Assembly: GCA_963663275.1 (NCBI GenBank)
Contig: OY760183.1
Coordinates: forward strand, 2,048,001-2,112,000
DNA: 64,000 nt
Reading direction: 5' to 3'
Source of the DNA: Chloroflexota bacterium
Lineage (GTDB): Bacteria > Chloroflexota > UBA11872 > VXOZ01
The notes beneath the pieces are model-generated. The model saw only the letters and a list, made by a program, of their open reading frames with translations. It was not told the DNA's origin and made no database searches. The position numbers were made by a program, and so were the translations under genes. Positions 27,768 to 37,717 of the stretch are shown here, one piece after another (the stretch's first letter is position 1; every line of letters starts with the position of its first letter).

Positions 27768-30230
27768 ATGGAAAATGTGCTCGATGTGCTGAGCAGGCTG
27801 ATTACGGCGCGGCCATACGTTACGATCCTGGTCGTCATCTTGCTCACCGTGCTGATGGGCGCGGGGGCGACGCGGCGGGAGATGCCGGCGGAGTCCGAGG
27901 CGTTCCTGCCGCCGGAGAGCGACGTCTCCCGCGTGATGGCCGAGATCGACGAGTTCTTCGGGGATTCCGGCGAGGTTATCGTTGCCACGCTCGTGTTTCG
28001 CGGGGAGGCGCTGAATCCCAATGGGCTTGCCCAAATGGACGCTTTGCTCGCCAAGATCGCCGATGATCCGGGCGTCACGGACCTGCTGGCGCCGGCTAAT
28101 GCGGTCATCGCGCCCGCGCTGCTGATCAAGCAGGCGCTTCAAGCGGACAGCCTGGCGTCGATCGCGCAGGAGCAGATCGAGTCCGCCCGCAGCCTCCCGC
28201 AGATCCAGGAGGCGCTGGAGGCGATGACGGGAACCGACACGGACGGTACCTCGGTCGCGATCGCCAACGTCCACCTGCGCGACACGGGCGACGAGCAGGT
28301 AGAGGAAGCGCAACGTCGTATCCACCAACTGGCGATCGAGGATGAAGGCCCGCTGCAAGTGAGCACCATCTCCCCAATCGTTGTCGAGGATGAGTACAAG
28401 CAAGCCACAGAGGAGGGGATGCTGCCGCTGGTAGGGGTGGCGCTGCTGCTCATCATGGCGTTGCTCCTGGTCTTCATGCGCACGTTCTCCGATCTGCTGC
28501 TCACGTTCTTGGGGCTCATCCTTTCGCTGATTTGGGTCATAGGGCTGGAGGGTTGGTTCGGCCCGAGCGCTCTGGGTCTGATTGGGCCGCCTAGTTCCCT
28601 GACCATGATGATCCCGGTAATTGTAATCAGCCTCACGGTGGACTATGCGATCCAGTCAGTCGCGCATTACCGCGAGCAACGCGCCGCCGGCGGGCCGGTG
28701 CTCGAAGCGGTGCGCAGGGGCTTGCGCACCGTCACCGTTCCGCTGGTGCTCGCCGCCGTTACCACCATCGTGAGCCTGTTGGCGGGCCTGATTTCCCCAA
28801 TCGGCGTGATTGGCGACTTTGGCGTCGTCGCGGGGCTGGGCGTGGGAAGCAGCCTCATCGTGATGCTGACGTTACTGCCGGCCGGCTGGCTTATCATCGA
28901 CCGCCGGCGCGAGGCGCGCGGCACGTTGAAGCCGCCCCGGCTTGTCATGAACGCGCTGCCCGGCATTGGGCGGGTAGCGGCGCTGATGGGAGCGTCGGTC
29001 ACGCGCAGGCCGGTACCCTACTTCGTCGTGGTAATTGCATTGACGGTCTGGCTTGGGTACAACGCCACCAGGCTCGAGTCGGAGTTCACGATCCGCGAGA
29101 TCCTGCCGCGGGACGGGAGCGTGATGGCGGATATGGAGACGCTCGACTCAGCCGTGGGCGGGTCAACCGAAGTAGCCAGCGTGCTGGTGAAGGGCGAGGC
29201 TACGGAGACGCGCACCTTCCTGAACGTGCGCGATCTCACCAACGCTTTCGAAGATAAAGAGCGCCGCCCGCAGGCGGCGGCAGGGCCAATCCAGTCTTCC
29301 TATGAGATGATCGTTCGGGACTGGATCCATGACAGCGGGGAACCCGGCGACAAGTACGACCCGGAGTTGGCCGCACTCTACCGGGAAGCCACCGCGGGCG
29401 CTGAATTCGACGCAGAGCTGATGCAGGAGTTGCTCGACCGCATCCAAGCCCAAGATCCCGCTCTGGCGCGCAACTTGGTGAACAATCCGGACGGGATAGA
29501 CGCCATGCTGCTCCAGTTCCCCATGCACATTGGAGACCCCGAGGGAGCGAAGGCCGTTCAAGAGGAAGTCGAGGCTCTCTGGCTCGGCGACGACAACGCG
29601 ATTACGGCAACCTCGCTCGACATAGTCCTGGTGAATATCACGGACGAAATCACGGCGCGCCAGACTGAGGCGATTGGCGCTACGGTTACGGTGGCCTTGA
29701 CGGTGCTGGCAATCTTCTTCTGGGTGACGGCGCGCCAGCCGGCGCTGTCGATCATCGCGGTGGGCCCCATTGTCATCGCCGTCATCTGGGTGCTGGGCAC
29801 GATGGCGCTGTTGGGCATCCCGTATACGAACGTCACGTCCTTGATCACGGCGCTGGCGATCGGCATCGGCGTGGACTACACCATTCACATGATTCACCGG
29901 TACCGGGAAGAATACTCCCGGAGCCGCAATCCGGAGCAAGCGGCGACGGAGACGCTCGCCACCACCGGCTCGGCGCTGCTCGGCTCCGCGTTGACAACGG
30001 CGTTGGGGCTCGGGGTGCTGGTGGCCGCGCCGCTGGCCGCGTCCCAGCAATTCGGCATTACGGCGGCGATTACGATCGCCTACTCACTGCTCGTCTCCAT
30101 CCTGGTGGTGCCGCCCGCGATGACAATCTGGGGCGCATTCCAGAACATGCGCCTGCGTTCGATGATCAAGCGTGAGTGGGATGAGCTTGACGTGGCAATC
30201 GAGAACATACATCAGCGCCAAAGCGCTTAG
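27768..30230 (+). CDS. MMPL/RND family transporter
   Basis: Two halves with TVDYAIQ and GIGVDYTIH motifs; about 12 TM segments and two extracytoplasmic loops. Confidence 0.9.
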   Translation: MENVLDVLSRLITARPYVTILVVILLTVLMGAGATRREMPAESEAFLPPESDVSRVMAEIDEFFGDSGEVIVATLVFRGEALNPNGLAQMDALLAKIADDPGVTDLLAPANAVIAPALLIKQALQADSLASIAQEQIESARSLPQIQEALEAMTGTDTDGTSVAIANVHLRDTGDEQVEEAQRRIHQLAIEDEGPLQVSTISPIVVEDEYKQATEEGMLPLVGVALLLIMALLLVFMRTFSDLLLTFLGLILSLIWVIGLEGWFGPSALGLIGPPSSLTMMIPVIVISLTVDYAIQSVAHYREQRAAGGPVLEAVRRGLRTVTVPLVLAAVTTIVSLLAGLISPIGVIGDFGVVAGLGVGSSLIVMLTLLPAGWLIIDRRREARGTLKPPRLVMNALPGIGRVAALMGASVTRRPVPYFVVVIALTVWLGYNATRLESEFTIREILPRDGSVMADMETLDSAVGGSTEVASVLVKGEATETRTFLNVRDLTNAFEDKERRPQAAAGPIQSSYEMIVRDWIHDSGEPGDKYDPELAALYREATAGAEFDAELMQELLDRIQAQDPALARNLVNNPDGIDAMLLQFPMHIGDPEGAKAVQEEVEALWLGDDNAITATSLDIVLVNITDEITARQTEAIGATVTVALTVLAIFFWVTARQPALSIIAVGPIVIAVIWVLGTMALLGIPYTNVTSLITALAIGIGVDYTIHMIHRYREEYSRSRNPEQAATETLATTGSALLGSALTTALGLGVLVAAPLAASQQFGITAAITIAYSLLVSILVVPPAMTIWGAFQNMRLRSMIKREWDELDVAIENIHQRQSA

Positions 30231-30402
30231 AACCTGTTTACTATCTGCTTATGAGGGAGTTTGCAAAGTCGATAGAGACCGTTCGTGCTGAGCCTGTCGA
30301 AGCATGAACGGCTATATGCAACCTTGCGGTGGTTCCGTTCACCCTTCGACGCGGCTCAGGGCGAACGTTCCTCGTGCAGACAGAAAGATCGTAAACAGGC
30401 TC
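30230..30402. mobile_element. MITE, 173 bp, IS5-family-like ends, TTA target duplication, carrying REP family C
   Basis: TIR GAACCTGTTTACTATCT / AGATCGTAAACAGGCTC flanked by TTA at 30227-29 and 30403-05. Confidence 0.7.
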
Positions 30403-30430
30403 TTAGTGGAGTCTACCGCAGAAGGCGCAG

Positions 30431-30476
30431 GAGATTGACGGCGGCAGACCGCACGCGGCCTACCGCCGTCAATCTC
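30431..30476. terminator. Long hairpin between the convergent MMPL and P450 genes
   Basis: GAGATTGACGGCGG ... CCGCCGTCAATCTC. Confidence 0.6.
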
Positions 30477-30510
30477 GTTAACGAAGGGCCGTTTGGAAAG
30501 CGCCGCCGCG

Positions 30511-32538
30511 TCAGGCGTAGAGCTCGCGCCGCTGCTCGGCGACGACGAACTTCAGCTTCTTGCTCGTGCTCAACGTCGGAAACGGGTCGATCTTGAGCTT
30601 GTAGTTCTTGGGAGCAATCTCGAACGTGTAGTAGTGCACCAGCATGAGCAGGTTTACGGCCAGTTGCAGTTCTACCCACCGGAAGCCGAGACAGGTGTGC
30701 GTGCCCAGCCCGTACGGGGCATAACCGGGACTGCGATGCTCATTGCGCGGCGGCAGGTAGCGGTCGATGTCGAGCGTGTGCGGCTCGGGGAAAACTTTCT
30801 CCATGTAGTGGGATGCCGTCTGGGCAATGTAGATGCGCGACCCTTCATCGATTTCGTAGCCCTCTATCGTGAAAGAGTTCATCACGTGCCTGACGGATAT
30901 GGGAATGGTTGGGTAGAGGCGCATGATCTCCATCAGGAAACGGTGGGTGACGTCGATTGCGTCACCCCTGATGTCTTTGGGATCCGGGTCGCCGTCCGCA
31001 AACAGCGCCTCGGCCTCGGCCCGGATTCTGTCGTTGAGTTCAGGGCGGGAAATCAGGGAGTAGAGCGCGAAACTAAGGGCGTCGCTCACGTACATGCTGG
31101 TGATCAGCGGCGCCACCAGATGAAAGCGCAGGTTCGCCTCTGGGAAGAACTGCGGGTCGCTTTCGTACAAACTCAGGAAGTCGTCCGGCAGGTCGCGCGG
31201 ACAACCGGCGCGTTGTGCGGGCGTATGGACGCTGTTAATTCGCTCCAAGAGCTCGCCAACTTTCTTGGAGCAGCGTTTCATGCGCGGTGTATGCATCATG
31301 AATGGAGGCAAGACCTTAAGCACACCCGTGCTAAGCGCCCGCTGCTTGTAGGCGATCAGGTCGTCGATGAGGTCTTGCGATTCAACGCTGATGAGGATCG
31401 GCGAGATCTGCGCGTTTATCAGCTTCAGGCACGCGTTGCTGGCGGGAAGGACGTCGCCGACCTTCCACGTGGCCATATGAGACCGGGCAAGGTCGTACAG
31501 ACGGCCCATCTGGCCTTCCAATCTCTCGCGGGAGAGGCTCGGCTGGGAGGCCTTGCGCAGCCGGAAGTGATCGGCGCCGTCCAGCGCGGGCAACATGCCG
31601 GACGTGCCGAACACTTTTTCAAACCCTACCAGATAGTCCTTAGACCGCAAGTGCATGCGTCCGTTGCGGCGGAACCACTGATTTGTGCGTGCTCCCGCCA
31701 GGAATGTCAGCGGTTTCGCGAACGGCGGGCGCAGTTGATAGACCGGGCCGTACTCTTCCGTGAGATCCGCAAAGAGCGCGGGCAGGTTGCCGTTGCGAAG
31801 GTGTCCGTTCAATAGCATCCGGTGGAGCGGGACCGTGGGAATTGTCCTTGAAAAAGCGGACCGCCGGAGCAGGTGCGCGGCGAGGTTTTCGCTGACCGCG
31901 CTGGCAACGGCACGGCCGATATCCGACATCTTGCAGATTGTCTGAATGCGCTGCTCCGACTCTTCTTCGAGCGGATAGATGAAGCGCACGACGTCGCATG
32001 TATTGAGGAGGCAGATGACGATGACATCTCTTGGGGAGGGGATTTCATCGTCGAAGATTGCCCGGCCCACGCGCGACTTGACGAAGTCCGCCTCAGTGCC
32101 TTCAAGGGAACCGTCCCGCTGGCCGCTCCGCCAGGCAGTGCGGGACATCGTCCAGAATTCGCCGTCGTGGTAATCGAGAATGTTCTCTTCAGCCAGGCGC
32201 TCCAGCGTCTGTTCGAAGATCGGCCCCGCGCGAAAGACGAGCCGTTCGATCCAGTACTGCGCATTGTATTGCTCCGGCTCTTCCACGATTTTCGCCAGAA
32301 TGGAATCCACGACTGGGTCGCCCGTCTCGGTCGGGTCCAGCACAGTGAGGGACTCCATATCCGTGTCAATCCGAGACTGCAAGAAGAGTTCCGCGAGTAC
32401 GGCGCCAATGATAGCGCAGTTCAAGTCCCAACCGGGCACCTGCCGGAAGTAGCCGGTCTCCTCATTGAGGAGCATCAGGACGAGTTCCTCGGGTAGACTT
32501 AGCCGGTAGACCGCTTTACCTGCCTCAATGAGACTCAT
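30511..32538 (-). CDS. Cytochrome P450 fused to an N-terminal GPP34/GOLPH3-like domain
   Basis: C-terminal EIMRLYP (ExxR), DIDRY and YGLGTHTCLG (heme Cys); N-terminal LSLPEELVLMLL...GAVLAELFLQSRI...TGDPVVD matches the GPP34 pattern. Confidence 0.82.
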   Translation of the reverse strand: MSLIEAGKAVYRLSLPEELVLMLLNEETGYFRQVPGWDLNCAIIGAVLAELFLQSRIDTDMESLTVLDPTETGDPVVDSILAKIVEEPEQYNAQYWIERLVFRAGPIFEQTLERLAEENILDYHDGEFWTMSRTAWRSGQRDGSLEGTEADFVKSRVGRAIFDDEIPSPRDVIVICLLNTCDVVRFIYPLEEESEQRIQTICKMSDIGRAVASAVSENLAAHLLRRSAFSRTIPTVPLHRMLLNGHLRNGNLPALFADLTEEYGPVYQLRPPFAKPLTFLAGARTNQWFRRNGRMHLRSKDYLVGFEKVFGTSGMLPALDGADHFRLRKASQPSLSRERLEGQMGRLYDLARSHMATWKVGDVLPASNACLKLINAQISPILISVESQDLIDDLIAYKQRALSTGVLKVLPPFMMHTPRMKRCSKKVGELLERINSVHTPAQRAGCPRDLPDDFLSLYESDPQFFPEANLRFHLVAPLITSMYVSDALSFALYSLISRPELNDRIRAEAEALFADGDPDPKDIRGDAIDVTHRFLMEIMRLYPTIPISVRHVMNSFTIEGYEIDEGSRIYIAQTASHYMEKVFPEPHTLDIDRYLPPRNEHRSPGYAPYGLGTHTCLGFRWVELQLAVNLLMLVHYYTFEIAPKNYKLKIDPFPTLSTSKKLKFVVAEQRRELYA

Positions 32539-32706
32539 ATGCGCTTGCCTCCGCGTGTCGCTGCTTGAACTGGCCTTGCATTGGCGCCTTCCCCACTCCA
32601 GAGTTTGCCTTGCGGTGAGGGCAACCCGAACAGGAGCAAACCGGAGAGGCCCCAGTTGTACGTGAAGGCAATCCTGCTGAGATGCAAAGGTACCGCACTC
32701 CTCACA

Positions 32707-32749
32707 AACTGACCATACAATAACTGACTATACAATAGTAGCATACAAT
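32707..32749. promoter_or_regulatory. Direct repeats in the divergent P450/Rieske intergenic region
   Basis: AACTGACCATACAAT, AACTGACTATACAAT and AGTAGCATACAAT in tandem. Confidence 0.45.
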
Positions 32750-32832
32750 ACACACCGGCTGGTATCATTATCAATGAATTTCGCGTATAGTAAGTTCTTG
32801 AGTTCTTGAGTGATTGCGGAGAGCGCCAAACG

Positions 32833-33873
32833 ATGTCGACTCCACTCACACAGCCTGGGGACGCTTCATCGCTGTATCCGTTTCCCGAGGGCTGGTACTT
32901 CATCGCCAGCCGCGGGGCCATAGAGCGAGAGAAGCTCATCCAGAAGACCTGGATGGGCGAGAACATCGTTGCCTATTGTGATGAGAATGGGCGCGTCTGC
33001 GTGGCCGGGGCCTACTGCCCCCACTTGGGCGCAGACCTTGGCCCGGCCGCCGGCGGGCGCGTGCGCGAAGGGCGGCTGGTCTGCCCTTTCCACGGCTATG
33101 AATTTGACGCCACCGGCACGTGCGTCGCCACTCCCTACGCGCCGCCGCCCCGGCACACGGGGCTGAGCGTATTCGAGACGCAGGAAATCGCCGGCATGAT
33201 CTTCGCCTGGTGGGGCATCGAGGGACGGGAGCCGCAGTGGACCCTGCCCGCGGATTCCATTGACGTAGAGGGATGGTGCGGCCTGGAGATGCGGACGGTT
33301 CGCTTTGCCGGCCATCCCCAGGAGACGTCGGAGAATGCGGTGGACCTGGCCCACCTGCGGTACATCCACGGCTTTGGCAACGTGGAGCGCGTCGAGCCGG
33401 TGTCGGTAGACGGGCCGCACCTCAGGAGCCGGTTCAACTTCAAGTCAACCCGCTCGATCGCGAAAGTCGGCTCTCTTACCTTCGATCTCACCGCCGACAC
33501 CCACGTCTACGGGCTGGGCTACTCGTTCGTGGACATTCGCGAGCGCTCGATCGGCATGGACATGCGTCTCTGGGTGCTTGCGACCCCGGTAGACGGCACC
33601 CTCATAGACGTGTGGCTGGCATCGCAGATACGGGAGTTGCGCAAGCCGAAGCGGTGGCTGGCCGGGCTGGGGTTTCTGCCCGTGGGGCTGCGCGCGCCGA
33701 TCATGAATAAGTTCACCGCGTCTCAACAACAGCGGGAAGTCTTGCAGGATGAGGTTATCTGGACCCGCAAGCGGTACCAGCCCCTACCGCGCCTCTGCCG
33801 CTCCGACGGCGAAATCACCCGGTACCGCCGCTACTGCGCCCAGTTCTACCCCGACGCTCAGGGTAGCAACTGA
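32833..33873 (+). CDS. Rieske [2Fe-2S] non-heme iron oxygenase/desaturase (KshA/Neverland/PrnD-like)
   Basis: CPHLGADL...CPFHG, ENAVDLAHLRYIH, QDEVIW, DGEITRYRRYCAQFY. Confidence 0.88.
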   Translation: MSTPLTQPGDASSLYPFPEGWYFIASRGAIEREKLIQKTWMGENIVAYCDENGRVCVAGAYCPHLGADLGPAAGGRVREGRLVCPFHGYEFDATGTCVATPYAPPPRHTGLSVFETQEIAGMIFAWWGIEGREPQWTLPADSIDVEGWCGLEMRTVRFAGHPQETSENAVDLAHLRYIHGFGNVERVEPVSVDGPHLRSRFNFKSTRSIAKVGSLTFDLTADTHVYGLGYSFVDIRERSIGMDMRLWVLATPVDGTLIDVWLASQIRELRKPKRWLAGLGFLPVGLRAPIMNKFTASQQQREVLQDEVIWTRKRYQPLPRLCRSDGEITRYRRYCAQFYPDAQGSN

Positions 33874-33960
33874 CCCTCTACCGGGAATCGTATTCTCGAT
33901 TTTCCCCGCGCACGGTGTAGTTCACACTCGTTGCGCATTGACTCGCCGTGTCAGGCGGCG

Positions 33961-35319
33961 CTACGCCTTCCTGAAGCGCCAGCCGTACATGATGCTGCCG
34001 TAGTGATTGAACGTCCGCCTGGCGGCGGGATCGTCGAATGGGTAATCCGCGCCGAGTTGCCGCGCGGCGGCGAGCCCGGTGATGAGGCAGGTCTCCTGGC
34101 TGTTGATCAGCGTGTGCGCGCCGCAGTGCCACGAACGCCGCTTGCCCTGGATGAAGCGGAACAGGTTGACCAGCCAGGCAACGTGGCGCACGTCGTGCAC
34201 CACGTGCTGGAACCACCACCTCTTGATGATCTTCTCCTCATCGATACGGCTGATGGGGTTATAGGTGACCAGGCACGGCTTGTCGGAGCGCTTTGCCCAC
34301 GGCTGCTGGTTGTGCATGATGTAGGTGATTTCATAGTTGTCCGGCCGGGCGCCGTACTGTTCGATGTGGTTGCTCCGCGTGGTCAACGGCTTCACCGCGT
34401 TGTCGGGCAGCACCGAGGCGTCCGAATGCACGACGGTATGGTTGTGGAGTTCGCTCTCGTAGCGAATGGATGAGAGAATGTAGCGCTCCATGAAGGTGGG
34501 TCTATCGAGCATCATCAGCGTCTGGTTGGCGTTGCAGGCGAAGATCACCTGGTCGAACGCCTCCCGCACGCCGTCCTCATCCTCCACCACCACGCCGGAC
34601 GGCTGCCGGTACACCTTGCGCACCGGCCGCTCCAGGTAGATCTTATCTTGGAAACCCGCCGACAGGTTCTTGTAGATGCGCCGCGTTCCCTGGTCCCAGG
34701 TGTTCATGGGCGTCGCGGATTCGATGTCGAAGAACTCGAGATACCGCGCGAAGAGCGCCGCCGGCATGTCGAACACGTTAGTCGCCATCAGAAAGTTGAC
34801 GAACATGGGCTTGAGGATCTTGTACCGGAAGTCGCCGGAGTATCCACCCCAATTCAGGACCGTGCCCATGCTGACGTAGTTGAATGGGTTGATGGCGTTC
34901 AGCAACTTCGATTGGGCGCGGGTAAGCCCGCCAAACCAGTGCAGACGCCGCAAGAGTCTCTGAAACTGGGCAATCTCGCTTTGCAGTTGCGCTCTGATGT
35001 CGGAGTCGAAGTCGTGGGCGTACACGCGGCCGCGGTACTTCACGCTGTAGCTGAAGCGGGTATCGATCAGTTCGATGCCGAACTGTTCCATCAGCAGCAG
35101 CATGTGCTCGTACACCGACGGTATACAGGCCGTAACGGAAATGTCGAAGGGAATTGAACTGCCGTCGGCCTGAGGCATATCGGCCGTGATCGCGTTGCCG
35201 CCAATCCGATCATTGGCCTCGAATAACCGGAAGTCAAAGCGGTCCGGATGGTGGTGCAGCGCCCAAGCGGCGCCCAGCCCGGCAATGCCGCCGCCAACGA
35301 TGGCTATTCTCTGGGTCAT
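33961..35319 (-). CDS. FAD-dependent oxidoreductase (amine oxidase-like family)
   Basis: IAIVGGGIAGLGAAW, FEANDRIGG, FDQVIFAC, WHCGA. Confidence 0.8.
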   Translation of the reverse strand: MTQRIAIVGGGIAGLGAAWALHHHPDRFDFRLFEANDRIGGNAITADMPQADGSSIPFDISVTACIPSVYEHMLLLMEQFGIELIDTRFSYSVKYRGRVYAHDFDSDIRAQLQSEIAQFQRLLRRLHWFGGLTRAQSKLLNAINPFNYVSMGTVLNWGGYSGDFRYKILKPMFVNFLMATNVFDMPAALFARYLEFFDIESATPMNTWDQGTRRIYKNLSAGFQDKIYLERPVRKVYRQPSGVVVEDEDGVREAFDQVIFACNANQTLMMLDRPTFMERYILSSIRYESELHNHTVVHSDASVLPDNAVKPLTTRSNHIEQYGARPDNYEITYIMHNQQPWAKRSDKPCLVTYNPISRIDEEKIIKRWWFQHVVHDVRHVAWLVNLFRFIQGKRRSWHCGAHTLINSQETCLITGLAAARQLGADYPFDDPAARRTFNHYGSIMYGWRFRKA

Positions 35320-35536
35320 TGTCCGCGCATCCTCGATGAAGACGGCCTTGCCGCCGAATTGGCCTGGCTAATCCTGTCTCCGCCGCCGTTTGAGAGCCGG
35401 TCGGCGGTGTCGGCGCGGCGACGTGCGCGCCCGGCGCTCTCTCAGTCACGCTAAACTTCCCGCTGCCGCAGAGAACGTCGAGCGCGGAGCGACGGTGTGA
35501 GAATGCTCGCTGCCCCCGCCACCCGCTATTGTACAC

Positions 35537-35905
35537 CTATGCCACAGCACGGGGCCGCGCCTGATGCACGCTCTCGGGGGTTTCGTCGTTGTAGGTTGTG
35601 AGCGATCCCGCGTGCGTGTGGGACGTGTTTATCATCACGTGCTCCGGCGGGATACCGGCGCGCTCTTCGATCAGCCATCGCACGTAGCGAACTTGCTGGA
35701 TGGGGAGCGCGCAGAGATCGCGGGTGACCAGGGCAAACGTAATGTCGCCGTCCGATGACTCCGGTGACCTCATCGCGAGCACTAACGACGTGGCGTAGAG
35801 GTCATCGCGGACGGCATCCGCGCCGTGCTCGCGGCCGCCGTAGCCAACGAGCGGCGTGCCGAGCGGCGGCGTGAGAGCGGCGCGACCGACACCGGCGTAG
35901 AGCAT
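35537..35905 (-). pseudogene. Truncated neutral/alkaline ceramidase-like N-terminal fragment
   Basis: AGVGRAALTPPLGTPLVGY, DDLYA, HVMINTSHTHAG, then a stop after about 122 aa. Confidence 0.6.
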
Positions 35906-36212
35906 GGCGTTGTTCTCCTGGGTGTAGAGCGTCGATTTTGCAGCGTTAAGCGAGTTTCGCGAGTGGCGTCCGCGATTTGTGCCGCGAGGCGGGGGACAAG
36001 CACACATGGTGTCGCATTGAGAAGTGGAGAGTTTCGAATAGGATCTGTCTAGACGGTGTGTCACCCGGTGTAGGGGCACGACATGTCGTGCCCCTACACC
36101 GGCGCGCGCCGCGTTGCAAGAGGCGGGGGACAAGCCCCCGCGCTACGGCTGACCCGAAAAAAGAGCGCGTCGGGCACGGCCAAGCGCCTCGAATACCGGC
36201 AACTGTAGTCTA

Positions 36213-37511
36213 TCAATCAGTCAGGAATAGTTCAACCACCGGCGTATGCGCGCCGGGGCGTTGGATGGGCAGTTCCAGCGTGAGCGTGTCCTCTCCAGCG
36301 CTGGGATAGCGGTGGTGCTGGGTAAAGTCGAAGGTCTTGACCTCGGAGCCGTCGTGCAGGAGTTGGGCGTAGCGCACGCGGTTGCGCAGGCCGGGCAGGT
36401 GCAGGTACTTGAGCGGCCACGTGAAGACGTGCAGGTAGAGGCGGTTGGTTGCCGGGTTGTAGGTGTAGCGGCAGTCGGTGGGCGGCGTAAATGGCGCTTG
36501 GGTGCAGCCGTAGATAGCGCGTCCGTGCTGCCGCATCCACGCGCCGATTTCCGCCAGCGTGGCTTGGGCGCGGGGATCGAACTCGCCGCGGGCGGTTGGC
36601 CCCACGTTCAGGAGCATGTTGCCGCCCTTGGAAACGCAGTCAATAAGCATCTCCACGAGCAGTTGCGGAGACTTCCAGTCCAGGTTGTCCCGGTGGTAGC
36701 CCCAGGAGCCGTTCAGGGTCTGGCAGGCTTCCCAGTTCACCGGCTTGCCGTCCACGTGCAGCCAACTGGGCGGGATGAACTGCTCGGGCGTGTGAAAGTC
36801 CTGCTCGATTTCGCTGCGGTTGTTGACGATGATGCCGGGGTTTATCTCCCGCACCATCCGGATGAGTTCCGCGCTCTGCCAGTCGTCTTTGCCCTTGCCC
36901 TTGCTCCAGCCGTAGTCCTGCTGCGAGTACGAGAAGTCGAGCCAGAGGAGGTCGATGGTACCGAACATGGTAAGGATTTCGCGCACTTGGCCGTGGAGGT
37001 ACGCCGCGTACTTGCGCACGTCGCGGTCTTTGGTGGCCTCCCGGAACGCCAGGTCGTTCGCCTGGGGATGGACGCCGTCCACGGGAAATTCGGGATGGTG
37101 CCAGTCGATGAGCGAGTAGTAGAAGCCGACTTTCAGGCCCTCGGCGCGAAAGGCCTCGACGAACGGTTTCAAGAGGTCGCGCTTGGCGGGCGTGTTCGTG
37201 GCTTTGTAGCCGGTGAGGTGGCTGTCCCACAGGCAGAAGCCGTCGTGGTGCTTGCTGGTGAGGACGACGTACTTCATGCCGGCCTCCCGCGCCGTGCGCG
37301 CCCAGGCCGCCGGGTCGTAGAGATCGGGGTCGAAGTTATCGAAGTACGGCTGGTAGTCCGCGTCGCTGATTTCTTCGTACTTCTTCACCCACTCGTGGCG
37401 GCCGGCCAGCGCGTAGATGCCCCAGTGAATGAAGAGGCCGAAGCGGTCGTGGGTCCACCAAGCAGTATTGCCCGGCGTCGGCTCGGGCCGGGGAATGGTC
37501 GTGTTCTTCAT
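36213..37511 (-). CDS. Alpha-L-fucosidase (GH29)
   Basis: RFGLFIHWG, KHHDGFCLW, YYSLIDW, LWLDF, NNR, SWGY, GNMLLNVGP. Confidence 0.93.
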   Translation of the reverse strand: MKNTTIPRPEPTPGNTAWWTHDRFGLFIHWGIYALAGRHEWVKKYEEISDADYQPYFDNFDPDLYDPAAWARTAREAGMKYVVLTSKHHDGFCLWDSHLTGYKATNTPAKRDLLKPFVEAFRAEGLKVGFYYSLIDWHHPEFPVDGVHPQANDLAFREATKDRDVRKYAAYLHGQVREILTMFGTIDLLWLDFSYSQQDYGWSKGKGKDDWQSAELIRMVREINPGIIVNNRSEIEQDFHTPEQFIPPSWLHVDGKPVNWEACQTLNGSWGYHRDNLDWKSPQLLVEMLIDCVSKGGNMLLNVGPTARGEFDPRAQATLAEIGAWMRQHGRAIYGCTQAPFTPPTDCRYTYNPATNRLYLHVFTWPLKYLHLPGLRNRVRYAQLLHDGSEVKTFDFTQHHRYPSAGEDTLTLELPIQRPGAHTPVVELFLTD

Positions 37512-37717
37512 CGATGCTGCTCCTCTCAGGCGCTTCCGTCCTTTCTCCCAAGCATAGCAGAGGCCGCGCGCGGCGGTTTGACGTGTGGAAAGTGTGTACT
37601 CTAAAATCTTTGTATTGTATAGGTACGTTCACTTTCCCGGTGGAAGCCGCGCCGCTGGCGTCCGGGTGGGGACACGTCTTTGCCAGGGTAACGGCCGGAT
37701 GCAAAAAGGGAGAAACA

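Noticed and set aside
30493-31815. Long antisense or alternative-frame ORFs (also 36246..37604, 14497..15852, 39612..40652, 48210..49346 and others)
   Set aside because: Shadow ORFs of high-GC genes with clear family motifs on the other strand or frame
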